Below are positions 13,137-25,771 of a DNA stretch of 64,000 bases, piece after piece. Origin of the DNA: Amoebidium appalachense (taxonomy: Eukaryota; Protista; Ichthyosporea). The stretch covers positions 1,736,001-1,800,000 of the forward strand of contig CAVNZM010000012.1 of assembly GCA_963693365.1 (NCBI GenBank), written 5' to 3'. The position numbers and the translations under genes were made by a program. The number at the start of each line of letters is the position of its first letter. The stretch's first letter is position 1. Below the pieces are notes generated by a model. That model was not told where the DNA came from. It saw only the letters and a program-made list of their open reading frames with translations, and made no database searches.

Positions 13137-13918
13137 TCAGTAATCAATCGCCAACCGCGCCGCCACACGTACGCACACATGCACGGTGGGCCCACGTGAA
13201 GGATCACGTGACGAACCCTCCTGTTCTTCCCCTTCCCAGCCTTCGAAATAGTCATGGGAAACAAGCACGTGCGCCCATGTTGGCCCTTGCCGGTTGTTAT
13301 ACGGCATGTGCTTCCAATACTGATTACCGAATAGCCTCCCATGCACGTACAACGTTCACTGTTCCGCGTCGAAATCTACTTCATCTTCATCTGGCAAATA
13401 TATCCCGAAAAGACAGCGCAAACCGCAATCCACCAATGGATCGTCGTCTTCGAGATCCGTGGGCGCGGGCGGTTTCCATTGGATCATAAATTGCGTATTG
13501 GGCCCCCTCATCGGGTCGTGCGGTGCCCTACTCGTGATTATCAGCGAAATTTCAAACGTGAATCCGGCCGCCTGAAATTCCCTCGACCACAGTGTGTTGT
13601 TTTTGGTCAGCAGGCACGCCTTGGCGTAAGTTGGCAAATTTGCAGTTATTTTGAAGGTTGGGCGGGGGATTAACCAATAGAAAAAATTTAAAGAGCGGCC
13701 CAACTTAATGATTTCTGTAGCGTCTTTGGGTTTAGTGGCAGTATATCCCTTGCATGCTTTGAGCAGGACCGAGTCCGATACGTTGTTGCTGGCTTCCACC
13801 TGTGTGAATATTTTTACCTCGTCAGAAACTTTATAAATAAAAAGTACTGTTTGCATCACCGCAAATCTCTTTCTTACACGAGCCCTATTCATCAGTTCCC
13901 CGCCAAATTATCACCCCC

Positions 13919-13957
<39 letters not shown>

Positions 13958-15206
13958 GCAAATCTCCCCCCTCCCCTCGTCCCTCCCTCCCCCCCCCCCC
14001 CCTTCCTCTAGATCTCTCTCTCTCAAAACACAAACACAACGTCCGAGTGTTGTGGGTGCGGTGGGTGCATGCGCCCGTGCGTGTGAGCGTATGTGTATAG
14101 TTGCGCGTGCATGTAAAGGGAGGGGAGGGAGAGAGGGGGGGGGGGGGGGGGGGGGGGAGGGGGGGGTGATGTATGCGTTAGAGGGTTGGAAATATGGAGG
14201 AGACAACAAAGAGCAACAAACAAACAAAAGTGGGAAACCCAAAATCAAGCAATTTATGCGTGCAGGCAGAAGGAGTATCCGTAAGTAAGTCAAATGCCTA
14301 GGGCACCCACGTACATGGAAATTATGCACATAGCGAGGGATATTTATGATACATTGGCGCGCACAACCGTGACGTCAAAGCCTGCGAAAAAAAAGTCACG
14401 TCCTAGTTGATCAATGAGGACAACAGCCACCACATGAACAACACAACACAAATACTATATAACACTGCCGTTTCCTTAAAACACTCAACGACATTTCTTC
14501 CACATCGTGCACAAATTAAAGCCAAACCCCAAAAAGGTAAAAACTAAAAAAAATTGCTCACAAAATACGGAAAAGAAAAAGCAATCAGGAAACATAACTC
14601 ACCTCGCACAGTTCCTCCTCTGTCATAAGCGGAAATTTCACGGCAGTCACCAAAGACTCCAAATCACCCCCCGTAGTGTCCGCCCACTTGACAAGCCCCT
14701 TAAACACCTGCATTTCGGTCAAACGTGTCGCATGATTTCTAGCCAGTGCGTCGACAAAAACGTGAGGAAGCAATAGGTAATAGCTCGCCATCAGCGAATA
14801 GCTCACTTGCATATGTGCACACCATTTTGACGCAGAGATTAACTACGCGCTTGTCCCGGCAAAACCGCGGCGAAATTTGGGGCAAAAGTTGGTTTATCTC
14901 TCCGTCGGCTGCTCCAGGGCGATAATCCTCCACTCGCTGGCGCTTGCGTGTGTTCTCCCTAGCTTCTTCCCCCTCGGATTCCGTACACTCTTCCTCCTGC
15001 AAATCTCCTTCCACCTCTGCATGAACCCCCACGGCATCACCGTCGACCCCATCCGCCGAATTCCGAGCCTCATTTTTGTTGAGGCGTTTTTTCGTCCAAT
15101 ATCTTTGGTAGGTAACTTCAGCGAAAAGTCTTCGGTTTGATGAAAAGCTCATGTTTGCGCTGAGAAATTCTTTGGCCACAGCATCTTGCAGGGGTGCCAT
15201 GAGAAA
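13137..15206 (-). pseudogene. BTB C-terminus/BACK domain plus MATH-like domain gene, disrupted (exons 15206-14603 and 13799-13137)
   Basis: BACK motifs LTEMQVFKGLVKW...LVTAVKFPLMTEEELCE|VEASNN are joined across a phase-0 GTGAGT..CAG intron (14602-13800). MATH-like segment LWSREFQAAGFTFEISL...TWAHVLVSHDYF...VHVCVRV. One-nt frameshift near 14785 and in-frame TGA at 13356-13358. Upstream BTB exons not found. Confidence 0.65.
14167..14217 (-). repeat. Short dispersed element family B, second copy (intronic)
   Basis: Exact reverse complement of 10795-10845; its 3' end runs into poly(C) on the - strand. Confidence 0.85.
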
Positions 15207-15542
15207 CTGCAACGGGGATATGAGTCAGTGCTTGTGGACCCGAAATTTGAAATCTGAAAGGTACAAGACGATCAACGGATGGGGGGAGAAGGGGACGGGA
15301 GGAGGGGAGGAGGAGGGGGGGGGGGGAGGGGGGCGAGTAGGGAACGGATTAAGGGAGATAGTGGTGGTGGTGGTGGTGGTGGTGGGGGGGGGGGGGGGGG
15401 GGAGTGGGCGGAAAGAGGGGAAGGGAGAGAGGGAGGGAGAGAGGGAGGGAGGGAGGGAGGGGGAGAGAGAGGGAAGGGATTGGGGGGGTTAGGGGTTTGG
15501 TGGGTGGGAGAGAGCGAGCAAGAGAGGTGTGTGTGTATGTGT

Positions 15543-15589
<47 letters not shown>

Positions 15590-15601
15590 GGGGGGGGGGG
15601 A

Positions 15602-15731
15602 GGGGGGTTTGAATGCGTCAAAAAGTACGAAGTACACAAGAACAAACGGATAACACGATGCAGAATGCAAGCCATACATAAAGAGTATGCATAATAAGCA
15701 GAGCCCATCCTCAGGGGGGGCCCACGTCATC
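15602..15731 (-). mobile_element. Short dispersed element family A (~130 bp), ends ttcaaac+poly(C)
   Basis: Reverse complement of 34348-34477 with about 2 substitutions. Confidence 0.85.
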
Positions 15732-16519
15732 CACAGTACCCGAGTTTCGACCTATTCACCTCGTTAACAATACCCAACTCAGATACTGTTTCACTTGAAC
15801 ATGGGTAGGTCACCCGTCTTGCTCAGAGACGAGCAGGCTTGTTTATGCAGGCAAGGGCAGTGGGAAAGGCCGGGGGTTAAAGTTGCAGCAGTAAGCAGAA
15901 GCAAGAAAAATATAGATAGGAACTCAGGAGACGGGGCTTCTAGGAAGCTCCCCCGTCGCTACCTAAGTCGATACTTCCCTGGCTAACATACTACACCAGC
16001 TGAAAAGAATTAAGTCCCGAAGGCCGCAGAATTCGCAATCAAAGGGGAAATTATGAGATTTGAACCACGCCGCAGGGTAGTAACACGCTTCCTAGGGCGG
16101 AACTTTAACGTCTTCGAACGGAAAGCTATGCCCCCGGATGTCAGCCGGAAATATGGTATCACCCATTGCTTTGGGCTTGAAAAAAGCCAAATCGATAGTC
16201 CGAGTTATGTTACACCGGCGGGTAATCATGCCGCATGGGTTCCAAGGGAGCTGTCGCCAACAGAGCAGTGTGTGCATGCGTGCGCGTAACGCAATGTGTG
16301 AAGTGTGTCTATAGTTATGAAAGGGGGTATGCAGAAGTGGACAGATGAAGTGTGTGGAGAGAAAACAGTAGGAAGAAAAGTAGACACCGATGTGTGCAAC
16401 CCCGCACAACATACATACACACACACACACACACACATAAATACGCGAAGATTACAGGTAATCAACCAGAACAACAAATGACAAGCAAAACAACAGGCGC
16501 CAAAAAAAAAAAAAAAAAA

Positions 16520-16630
<111 letters not shown>

Positions 16631-16647
16631 GGGGGGGGGGGAGGGGG

Positions 16648-16942
16648 GTCTTAGGGATGCTGCAGAATCGTCAGATATTAGACAAATCATATGAGAGAAG
16701 ATTGTGACTAACGATGCGCAGAGCTGGTTGGACCTGTTGAGTGTGCAGAGAAAATGGGAGGGGAAGGAGGAGGGGAAGGGGGGGGGTGAAGTAAGAGAGG
16801 GGAGGGAATGTTAGAGTGTCAGTAGTCTCAGGGGACCCTGCAGAGTCGTTAGATATCAGACAAAAACGCACCAACGACCTAGTTCTCCAAGGGGAGAAAT
16901 GCGTAAAATGTTCTGCAGAGTGGGTTAGAGACCTGCTGATGA
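16648..16942 (-). repeat. Two imperfect tandem units with conserved end blocks, downstream of the Penelope-like ORF
   Basis: On the - strand both units read tca.caggtc..aacc..ctctgc [variable] ttgtct.atatct.acga.tctgcag...ccc.t.agac. Confidence 0.6.
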
Positions 16943-17108
16943 GAAGAGTGTACACAGGGTTTGGCCAGGGGGGGGGGGGGGGGGAGGGGGGGGAAGGGGG
17001 GGGGGAAAGAAGGTAGGAGGGGAAGGGGGGGAGGGGGGGGGGGGGAGTAGGCCGGGGAAAAGGGCGAAGGGCGAAGGGCGAAGGGAGGGGAGGGAGGGAG
17101 GGGGGAAA

Positions 17109-17142
<34 letters not shown>

Positions 17143-17333
17143 GGGGTAAGAGGAGAAGAAAAAAAATTTTTTTTAAGAAAAAAAAAAAAAAAAAAAAAAA
17201 AAAAACCAAACCCTGTGGTGGACAGATCAGAGGCGAGAGCTCCATTTCAAAACTTACCAGGCAACCCAAAAACCTGGCCGGCTGAGAAAGAAGAACGGCG
17301 GGGGAATTGTTTGGGTAAAGGAGCGGGGGGAGA

Positions 17334-17371
<38 letters not shown>

Positions 17372-17476
17372 AGAGGGGGGGAGAGAGGGGGAGAGGGAGA
17401 GAGAGAGAGAGGGAGGGAGAGAACGAGAGAGAACGAAAGAGAGAGAGAGAGGGAGAGAGAAAGAGAGGGAGAGAGG

Positions 17477-17510
<34 letters not shown>

Positions 17511-17512
17511 GC

Positions 17513-17551
<39 letters not shown>

Positions 17552-17672
17552 AGGGAGGGAGAGGGAGAGAGAGAGAGGGAGAGAGAGAGAGAGGGAGGGG
17601 GGGGGGGGAGAGGTGTAGGGGCTGGTGGTGGTGGTGGGGGGGGGGGGGGGGGGATCGGGATAGAGTGGGGGA

Positions 17673-18846
17673 CTAGGGAGTGTTGATCTTTTTAGTGATG
17701 ATGGAGAGTATGTGTGAGGAGTGAACGCCACGGCATATGTGCGGGTGTGTGGCGAGAAAGCTGTGCATTTTGTGGTGCAAGAGTCTAAACGAGTAGCCTT
17801 TGTTAAGCAATGTTTTAGCAAGTCGTGCAGTCCATGTGGTGAATGCAGCAAGTGTGGAGCATTTGCGCTGGTAGCTATGCATTTGACTTGTCGTGATGCC
17901 GTGTTTTGCAGTGCGGGAGATGAATGAGTCGTGGTGTGGGAAACGAACGATGTCTAGTGTATTGAATGTGGGTGTGTCGAGCTTGTTGTAGATGGTTGTG
18001 TGAATGCCGTGATTAGTGCAGATGCAGATGATATGCAAGTCGAGGTAGGGGGCAGAGGGGGAGGAACCGGCAGGGTTGAGTTGAAGGCTGGTCTTGGGAT
18101 ATAGACCGAAATCACAATCTTCTAAATAGAGGTGGGAGAGAATGCGAGGATTATGAAGGGAGATCAAATTATCTATGTAGCGGCGAGTAAACCGAAAATC
18201 TACCAAGACATCAATGCGGTCGTGTGCAATAAGCTTGCGAACAAAATCCAACTCATAAGTAAAGAGATAGAAATTAGCCAAGAAAACAGCACAGTTTGTA
18301 CCCATGGGGATACCAATGTTCTGTTTGTAGAGGGTATCGCCAAACACAACATATATGTTATCTACGAGGAAACATAGAAAATCCACAAGCTGTGCCTTAG
18401 AGAGATGCAGAGAGTGTTCTTTAGGCTCAAAGGAATCATCCTGGGAATCATCATCTACACGATCCACCCAGGACAACGTGGAGCCGGTTTTCTTAATAAA
18501 CATGCGTGGTTTGCGAGCGTCCGTGCATTTTTTGACAAATATTGCGTCAATCAGTGTAGTGAGGCGAGCTTTCAAATCATGCAAGTCAATCTTGGTGTAG
18601 AGTGTGGAAAAATCAAACACAGACACGGACGTATTTTCGTGTTGGCGTGTGGTACGGTTAAGGGCGTTGATTGTGTGTGTGAGTGCGGTGCTATCCGTGA
18701 GAATCCAAGAGCTAGTGTTGTGCGGCAGGTGGGGTTTGACAACATTACACCACATACGTTCAACATCAGGGGAGACGAACTTAAACACACTAGTGAGAAG
18801 GCGGGAGAGAGGTTCAAGTGATGTGGCAGAGGAGTTGGCAATGAAA

Positions 18847-18848
<2 letters not shown>
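17673..18848 (-). mobile_element. Penelope-like element reverse transcriptase, Naiad/Chlamys-type, 5'-truncated and catalytically altered
   Basis: Motifs RFIANS, FDFSTLYTKI...DLKARL, YKQNIGIPMGTNCAVFLANFYLFTYE, RYIDNL (YxDD changed to YIDN), PYLDLHI, YNK...IVRFP...SQ...F...LLNKGY. The ORF stops after the thumb with no C-terminal GIY-YIG. The rest of the 999-aa called ORF is microsatellite. Confidence 0.85.
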
Positions 18849-18886
<38 letters not shown>

Positions 18887-19058
18887 GGGGGAGGACACAG
18901 ACAGACGAAGGGTGTAGGGTGGAGGGTACGGGGAAAGAGATTGAGATTGGGGGGGGGGGGGGGGGGGGGGAGAAGGCGGGTTGGGGAGGGAGAGAGAGAG
19001 GGAGAGAGAGAAAGAAAGAGGGAAGGAGATAGAGAGAGAGAGAAAGAGGGGGGGGGGG

Positions 19059-19151
<93 letters not shown>

Positions 19152-19189
19152 AGGGAGGGGGAGCGAGAGAGAGAGAGAGAGAGAGAGAG

Positions 19190-19271
<82 letters not shown>

Positions 19272-19377
19272 ACAAAGGCGAAAGAGGGAGGGAGAGGGAG
19301 GGGGAGAGAGGGATAGAGAGTCGAGAGAGACGGGAGAGAGAGGGATAGAGAGGGATAGAGAGGGGGGTGGGGGGGGG

Positions 19378-19414
<37 letters not shown>

Positions 19415-19592
19415 GAGAGAGAAAGAGCGAGAAAAAGTACGAGACACAGAGGGAGAAATGTGGGGGGGGGGGGGGGGGGGGGAAGGGGGGGGGGGAGGGA
19501 GGGAGGGAAGAAGGAGAAGGAGTGCGAGGCAAAATGGAAGAGAATAACCGTATGGGACAGAGAGAGGGAGAGAGACAGATGGCAGGATCGTC

Positions 19593-19673
<81 letters not shown>

Positions 19674-19797
19674 TGCCCCCGCGAGCGTGTGCGCGTGTGT
19701 GAGTGTACATGCATGCGTAGGTGCGCTTGCGCGCACGTGCGTGTATGCGTGCGTGTATGCATGCGTGCATGTGTGCGAGCTCGCCAATGTTTTAGTG

Positions 19798-19889
<92 letters not shown>

Positions 19890-19990
19890 TGTGTGTGTGT
19901 GTATGTGTGTATGAGTGTGCATCATATGTATGTGTTTTTGTATACAAATTTGTGTAGACGTGTGTGTGTTTGTGTGTGTGTGTGCATGTT

Positions 19991-20072
<82 letters not shown>
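18849..20072. repeat. Compound microsatellite block: poly(G), (GA)n, (GT)n
   Basis: Direct reading; explains the many overlapping low-complexity ORFs. Confidence 0.95.
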
Positions 20073-20074
<2 letters not shown>

Positions 20075-20684
20075 TTCTGTTGTCTTTAAAGGGGTGGGGT
20101 GGGGGGAGGGGCGGGCTATCCCAGTCATGTATGCCTTTTCGGTACCTAGATACAGTCTGTTGCAGCCCCCTCCCCTCCCCCCCCCCCCCCCCCCCCCTCC
20201 CCCTCCCCCAAAGACCAAAAAAAAAAAAACCACAAAAAAAAAACCGACTTCCTGCCCACCCATCCTTTTGTATACGCACATACAACACAACCCTAGCAGG
20301 TGCAGAAAGCAGTGTTGCACACTGCATCAAGTAGCATGCACACAGCCATGGTGCACGAAAAATGTTGAGCCTAAACCCCCCCCCCCCCCCTCTCCCTTCC
20401 TCCCTCCTTCCCTCAGAAAAAAAAAGAGGGGGGGAGAGGGAGGGGGGAGGGGGGGAGGGGGGGGAAGGGGGAGAGGAGGGGAGGCAGGCGGTGCATTGAA
20501 ATACCCCACCATACAAGGTTTCAAGTGACGCGTGCACAACACTGGGAAAGGGATAGAAGAAGTGGGCCGGGGAATGGTGGAGGGGAGTTGAAAGGGCAGA
20601 ATGGAGAAACAAAACCCCTAGGCTCCCGTGGCCTCCAAATGCATTACCTGCTTCGACCCAACTCACTCGCAAATGCTTGCACTA

Positions 20685-20721
<37 letters not shown>

Positions 20722-21303
20722 GGCGCCAGGAACGACATGCGCACACACACACACATGCACACGTGCACACACCGACGCCTATCCCCACAAGCACCTCAAC
20801 CAACCCACCCACCCACCCACCCACCCACCACCCACACGCACACACGCACCAACACAGACACACCCAAGGTTGCAACAGCACAAAACGTGACGTTCGGGGA
20901 GGGGAGGGGGGAGAGGGGACGGGGGGAATATATCGAATTATGGTGAATAAAAGAGGAAACGAAGATAAGATACCCCCAGCCTGTCCACAAAATCCTCAGA
21001 ATTGCGATAGGGGAGCACCACTGACTACAGCGCTTCTCACACCAAGCCTATGTACGATAAATCGACGCTGGCTGTCAAGGTAGGTGAGTCACGTGATCAG
21101 CCGCTCTCCGTATCCTACTCCGTATCGTCTGTGTCTCCTTGAAAAATAAGAGCTACCTCAGAAGGTAGCAGGCTCGAGAACTTCGCCGAGCGATACTGCA
21201 CCGGAGTCCGGAGAGCTTGAGTGTGTTCGGGGCTCAAGCCACGGCCCTCTGGCCGTGCTTGACTCCAGAGGCTTGAGCTCACTGAGATAAAGTTGCCTCA
21301 TCT

Positions 21304-21332
21304 GATTGGCTAAGAAAAGTTTTGGCGCGAAA
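21304..21332. promoter_or_regulatory. CCAAT box plus overlapping bidirectional E2F site
   Basis: gattgg at 21304-21309 and tttggcgcgaaa at 21321-21332 (TTTSSCGC on both strands). Confidence 0.45.
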
Positions 21333-24300
21333 CGCGGCTGGCCCTGCTGGCCCTAATACAGTGTGTAAACCCCCTAACATAGTACTGCTGCGGCCTCCAG
21401 AAGGCCCGGCTTCAACTTGGCCGCAAGTTGGCTGGGGGGAGCAGGAGAAAGCACTGGGAAAGCTATTTATACAGGTAGGCTAGCTTTTCAAACCATATAA
21501 AAAAAAGCACTTACGGTCGACACAGGATGATTTTTGTCCTCGTGAGCCAAAGCCACTAAAAGAGGAGGGGCGTGAAAATGAAAGTTTTCAATTGCCCGTC
21601 GCCGGTTTGCTGCTTCTGTAGCCCACAGTATTATTGGAATCGGCACGTACACCAGTATCTATTAGGACAACCAGGCCTATCACACGCCCGCCAGGCTCAA
21701 AACATCGCGCACGCCTGGCATGCCTAGGCTCACCACAAAAGCGCACTCACATATGCGAACAAACGCATGTGCACACACTGCCGCGGGCCCACAAAAACTT
21801 TTACACACACGTACACTAGCAAGCTTCATATCATTCACCCCAAGAACACAAAAAAACGCGTGTACACACTGTGCAAGCACGTATGCGCCTGTAGCTACAA
21901 ATACATGTGCAAACACCCACATCACACACTAGACTGAGTTTCCCCACGCGAATGTGCACGCATTGTCACTACACCACACACACGCGCGCGCACACATACG
22001 CACGAACACACACAAACACAAACATACAATTTTCCACACGTACACCGTGACCTACACACGCACAAAAACAAACCACAAACACACACACTCACAGGTGCAC
22101 AAGGCCAGCGGAGCAACCTTTGACCTATAGGCCTGCCTACACAGGCGCCTATTGTAATAAGCGAGACTGGCCATTGTCTCTGATGCACTTGATTCAAACA
22201 CGGGAAGTGAAGCCCTCAACCGTGTTCCACAAGAATTGTTAAACTTTCGCACCTTATTCTTCGGCTTACCCTATGATTGCAGGCAAATGACCTATCAGTT
22301 CTCTCATATATGCATATGGTCGGGGCAGTCAAGTTAGTCGTAGTGACCATGACATGTTTATTGTTTTTGGGTGCAGGTAACCTTGCGTTTCTGCACTTTC
22401 TGTGTGGTGTACCGTTTCTATACCTGTCCCTGCACCTTCATTTGCCCAGCCAAACCATTTTCTTTTTTACTCTGCCTCTCTAAGTCCCAATCTTTCTGCA
22501 GAGTGAGTCAACATTCGAGTTTCCCCAGATTTCCTCAGCCTCATGCCCCCTTCCTCCTCCCTCCCTTCCCCCCTCCCCTCCTACCCCCCTCCCCCCCTCC
22601 CCCTCCCCACACACACACACATATACCACCACTAAGCACACACACACATCCATACACCGTGACACCACAAATTCGCGATGCAACCACACCTGCGATCGAC
22701 CCCATCGTTTTTTTTCGTGCTTTCCTACAGCCAACTGAGCCAAGCGCAGCCCAAGCATGTCAATTGCTTACGTGGCGTGTCGTCAGTAAATCGTTTTGAT
22801 TGGTTGGCGGAGAAACCCGGAGAAATCCCTACATACACCACAAGGGGCTCGATGCTGAAAGGTGTCTAAAATTCTAAACTATTGGTTATGTAAAGTGTAC
22901 CTCTTGTAAACACGCTATCATCACATATATGCCGCTAGACCAATTAATTGCCTCATAAAAGTATTTTAATTATTATTTGTTAAAAACAGTCCCATAAAAT
23001 GAACATTGGCCAAATGACATTATATATATTAACAATATTCGCAAGTCCACAAACACTGAAACCCCTCTCTGCTTTAGGAGTATAACAGGTTAGCAATATA
23101 ATCCGATGCAACGGTGCATATCTACAGACTCGTTGATTGGCTTTTCAAGATATTTTTAATTCAAGTTTTATCTCGTTTTAAAATTGGAGATTCGTGAGTG
23201 CCACTGTGGGCACTGTTTTTAGGCTAGTAGCAATAACTAGCTCCACACCGTGTTTTAAAATAAACAGAAAAAAACAAAAAATAACAAAAAATTCTTTTTC
23301 ATGTTCTGCAGGCAATATATGGCTGTTTTCATCTGCATGGGCTTTGGATTGGAATGTTCGGGATCAATCACGGAGTCTATGATTGGTCTCCCGTCACGCA
23401 AATGGTTTCACCGCCCTTCAGCCACTAAGAGTGGCTATGTATGGCATGTGCACGTTGTGCAGGATTCAAACATGATGGCGCAATCGGCCATCACCAGGAT
23501 TCGGGAATTTCGGAATCGCCAGATTTCTGGTATTTATTTATACCGTCAGAATGCATAGCCATGACGTCATCCCTGCCTGCTGTTGTATGCACAGACAAGG
23601 TACAACGGAATGCCATGAATTTTTTGCCATATCCACCTAATACCCATGAAAGTATATTCGGCTGGGTTACAACCGAAAATTTGTCTAAGCAGGAAATGTA
23701 CTCTTTCGGAATGTTTGCATATTGTTGCTCTTTGAGTTGTGACAAAAATGAAGTAGGATAAAAACATTTTGTCCCAGGAATGCTAATAATCGTTCGCGTT
23801 TTTTATTTCGGATGAAGACTTATTTTGGCCCCTTGTAAAACGACTTTCACTTCAATCTCTTAGCTGTCACGTCAACTTTTTTTCCCCAATTCTTCACCAT
23901 GATGCCAGGTACTATAAAGGCTTTCGTTTCTTCTTTTTGTGGTGGGAGGGAGTCCCACTCAGGGAAACGTGACTGCAGCGTGTGTGTGGTGTGGCCTGGT
24001 GTATTCCTACTGCTGTGAGAGTGTGGGGGCATCTCCCTTTCGCGGAGTTTCTCGCTTGAGAAGTGGTTTCTTCAACGCCTGGTGGTCCACTGCAACCTAT
24101 GGTAACTTCTACACGCTTCTACGCGACCTATTGGCGGTGGGCTGCTGCAACTTCTTCAGCTACTTCTGCGCTGCGTGAGTGGAGGGGCGGCTATTTGGTC
24201 GTCGGGGAGCTTTCCAAGTGACTGCCAGTCCCTAATTAGCCTCCGTCGTATGGCAATGACCGGGTTTGCTTGCATGCATTCTGTAATTGTGTTTTTCTGT

Positions 24301-25541
24301 GTGTCCTGCCACGACTAGTAGTAGTCCACTTTATCAGAGAGCCTCGTTGTGCAGTTTCTCCGGGTTATCTAGGATTCGGGCTTGTTGGGATTGTTTTTTA
24401 GCTCAGATTTCGTCTGCATTGCTCTTTTAGAGGCTGACTTGCCTTGCTGTGCCCCGATAGGTTTTGAGGGGGGCCTGTTGGGAAGGAGCAGTAATGATGT
24501 CTTCTTGCAACGGAGTGTGGTCTGGTCAACATCGATGCATACGACTAGTTGGAGCGAACTAGTTTCACGCATACACGTACACTTAAGGTTTTGCCCGCTG
24601 GTGTCCTTTGTCACTTGTCACTTTATTTTTATTTCGTAGCTTTGGCTTTTTCAGTTCTATTGGTGGTTATGTAGCCTGTGGCTGCACGTTGCCTTCATTA
24701 ACGGATCAATAAACCCGAGTCAAAAGAAAAGAATCATTTTGGGCGCCTTGTAAAACCCCTAAATCTTGGTTTACAGAGACGGACAGTTATTAAATATTTA
24801 TTGTCCTTTCCTGTGTTTTGATTCGATTTCATTAGCCCTTCAAGAGCTAGCCGGTGATGTCTCCCCTCTGCACTGGGCCCTCTAATGATTTGCAAACGTT
24901 TTGATAAAAAATGAGGACGCTAAATGGCCAATCACAGCAGGAATCGGTTTTAAAGTTCTTGCCGATTTTGCTCATTTAATGAGCATTCCATTGTTGGTTG
25001 TAAACTTATGAAAACTTATACCATGTTGCACCCATTTTTTAGTGATTCCCTCGCGGAACCGTCGGATGATCGCATATTCCGCTCCGCAATTTGGCGCCCC
25101 GACACGTACCCTTCGCGTACGTGCGTCGCGTACTAATAACACCCATACTTTTTGATTAATTCGGTTTTTGATACATGTATACAGCAACTATTTTTTAGTT
25201 TAAATTTATTTATGTGTATTTATTATGGTTTTTGTGGGCATTGCAAGTAGTACCACAGAGGAAGATCCCGTGTGCACGTGTGTGGTACTCCTTGGACCAT
25301 GATGGGTGCGGGTGGACGACCCCCGGTGTGCAAGTGTGTGGTACTCCTTGCATATGCATGTGTGCGGGTGTGGCCAGACATGCAACGGGGAAAAAAGAAA
25401 AAAAAACTCCAAGAACAAGAAAGCACGTAAATACTGTCTCTGTCTTTATATTAGCGACATCATACCCAACGAGACACTACATCCACACTGTGAAACATCC
25501 GTCAACTTCAAAGTATGTGTGGCATACAGTTCACAAATTTT

Positions 25542-25640
25542 GATTGGCTGCACAATACCCCTGCACCCGGCTGCCCGGTCCGCGATTCCTGGTGGACCAT
25601 CGGAGGCCGCATGGCCGCAGACGCTCTTGTCTATAAAAGG
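25542..25640 (+). promoter_or_regulatory. CCAAT and TATA promoter upstream of the orphan ORF
   Basis: gattgg at 25542-25547; TATAAAAGG at 25632-25640. Confidence 0.5.
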
Positions 25641-25771
25641 CTTCTATCCCCACGAATTCTTCAGTTGCTCATGTGTGGGTGTTGAGAGCGAGTTGTTGTG
25701 TCGTCGAGCCGGCGACTCTCCTGACAAATGAACCTTCCCATTCTAGGCAGAACAAGAAAAGACGACGTAAC

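Noticed and set aside
14770-14810. 23-nt micro-intron (GTGAGC...GAG) explaining the BACK frameshift
   Set aside because: Splicing it yields the third reading frame, not the BACK frame.
18849-20672. N-terminal ~600 aa of the 999-aa ORF
   Set aside because: Stop-free translation of (CA)n, (CT)n and poly(C); only 17673-18848 is real RT.
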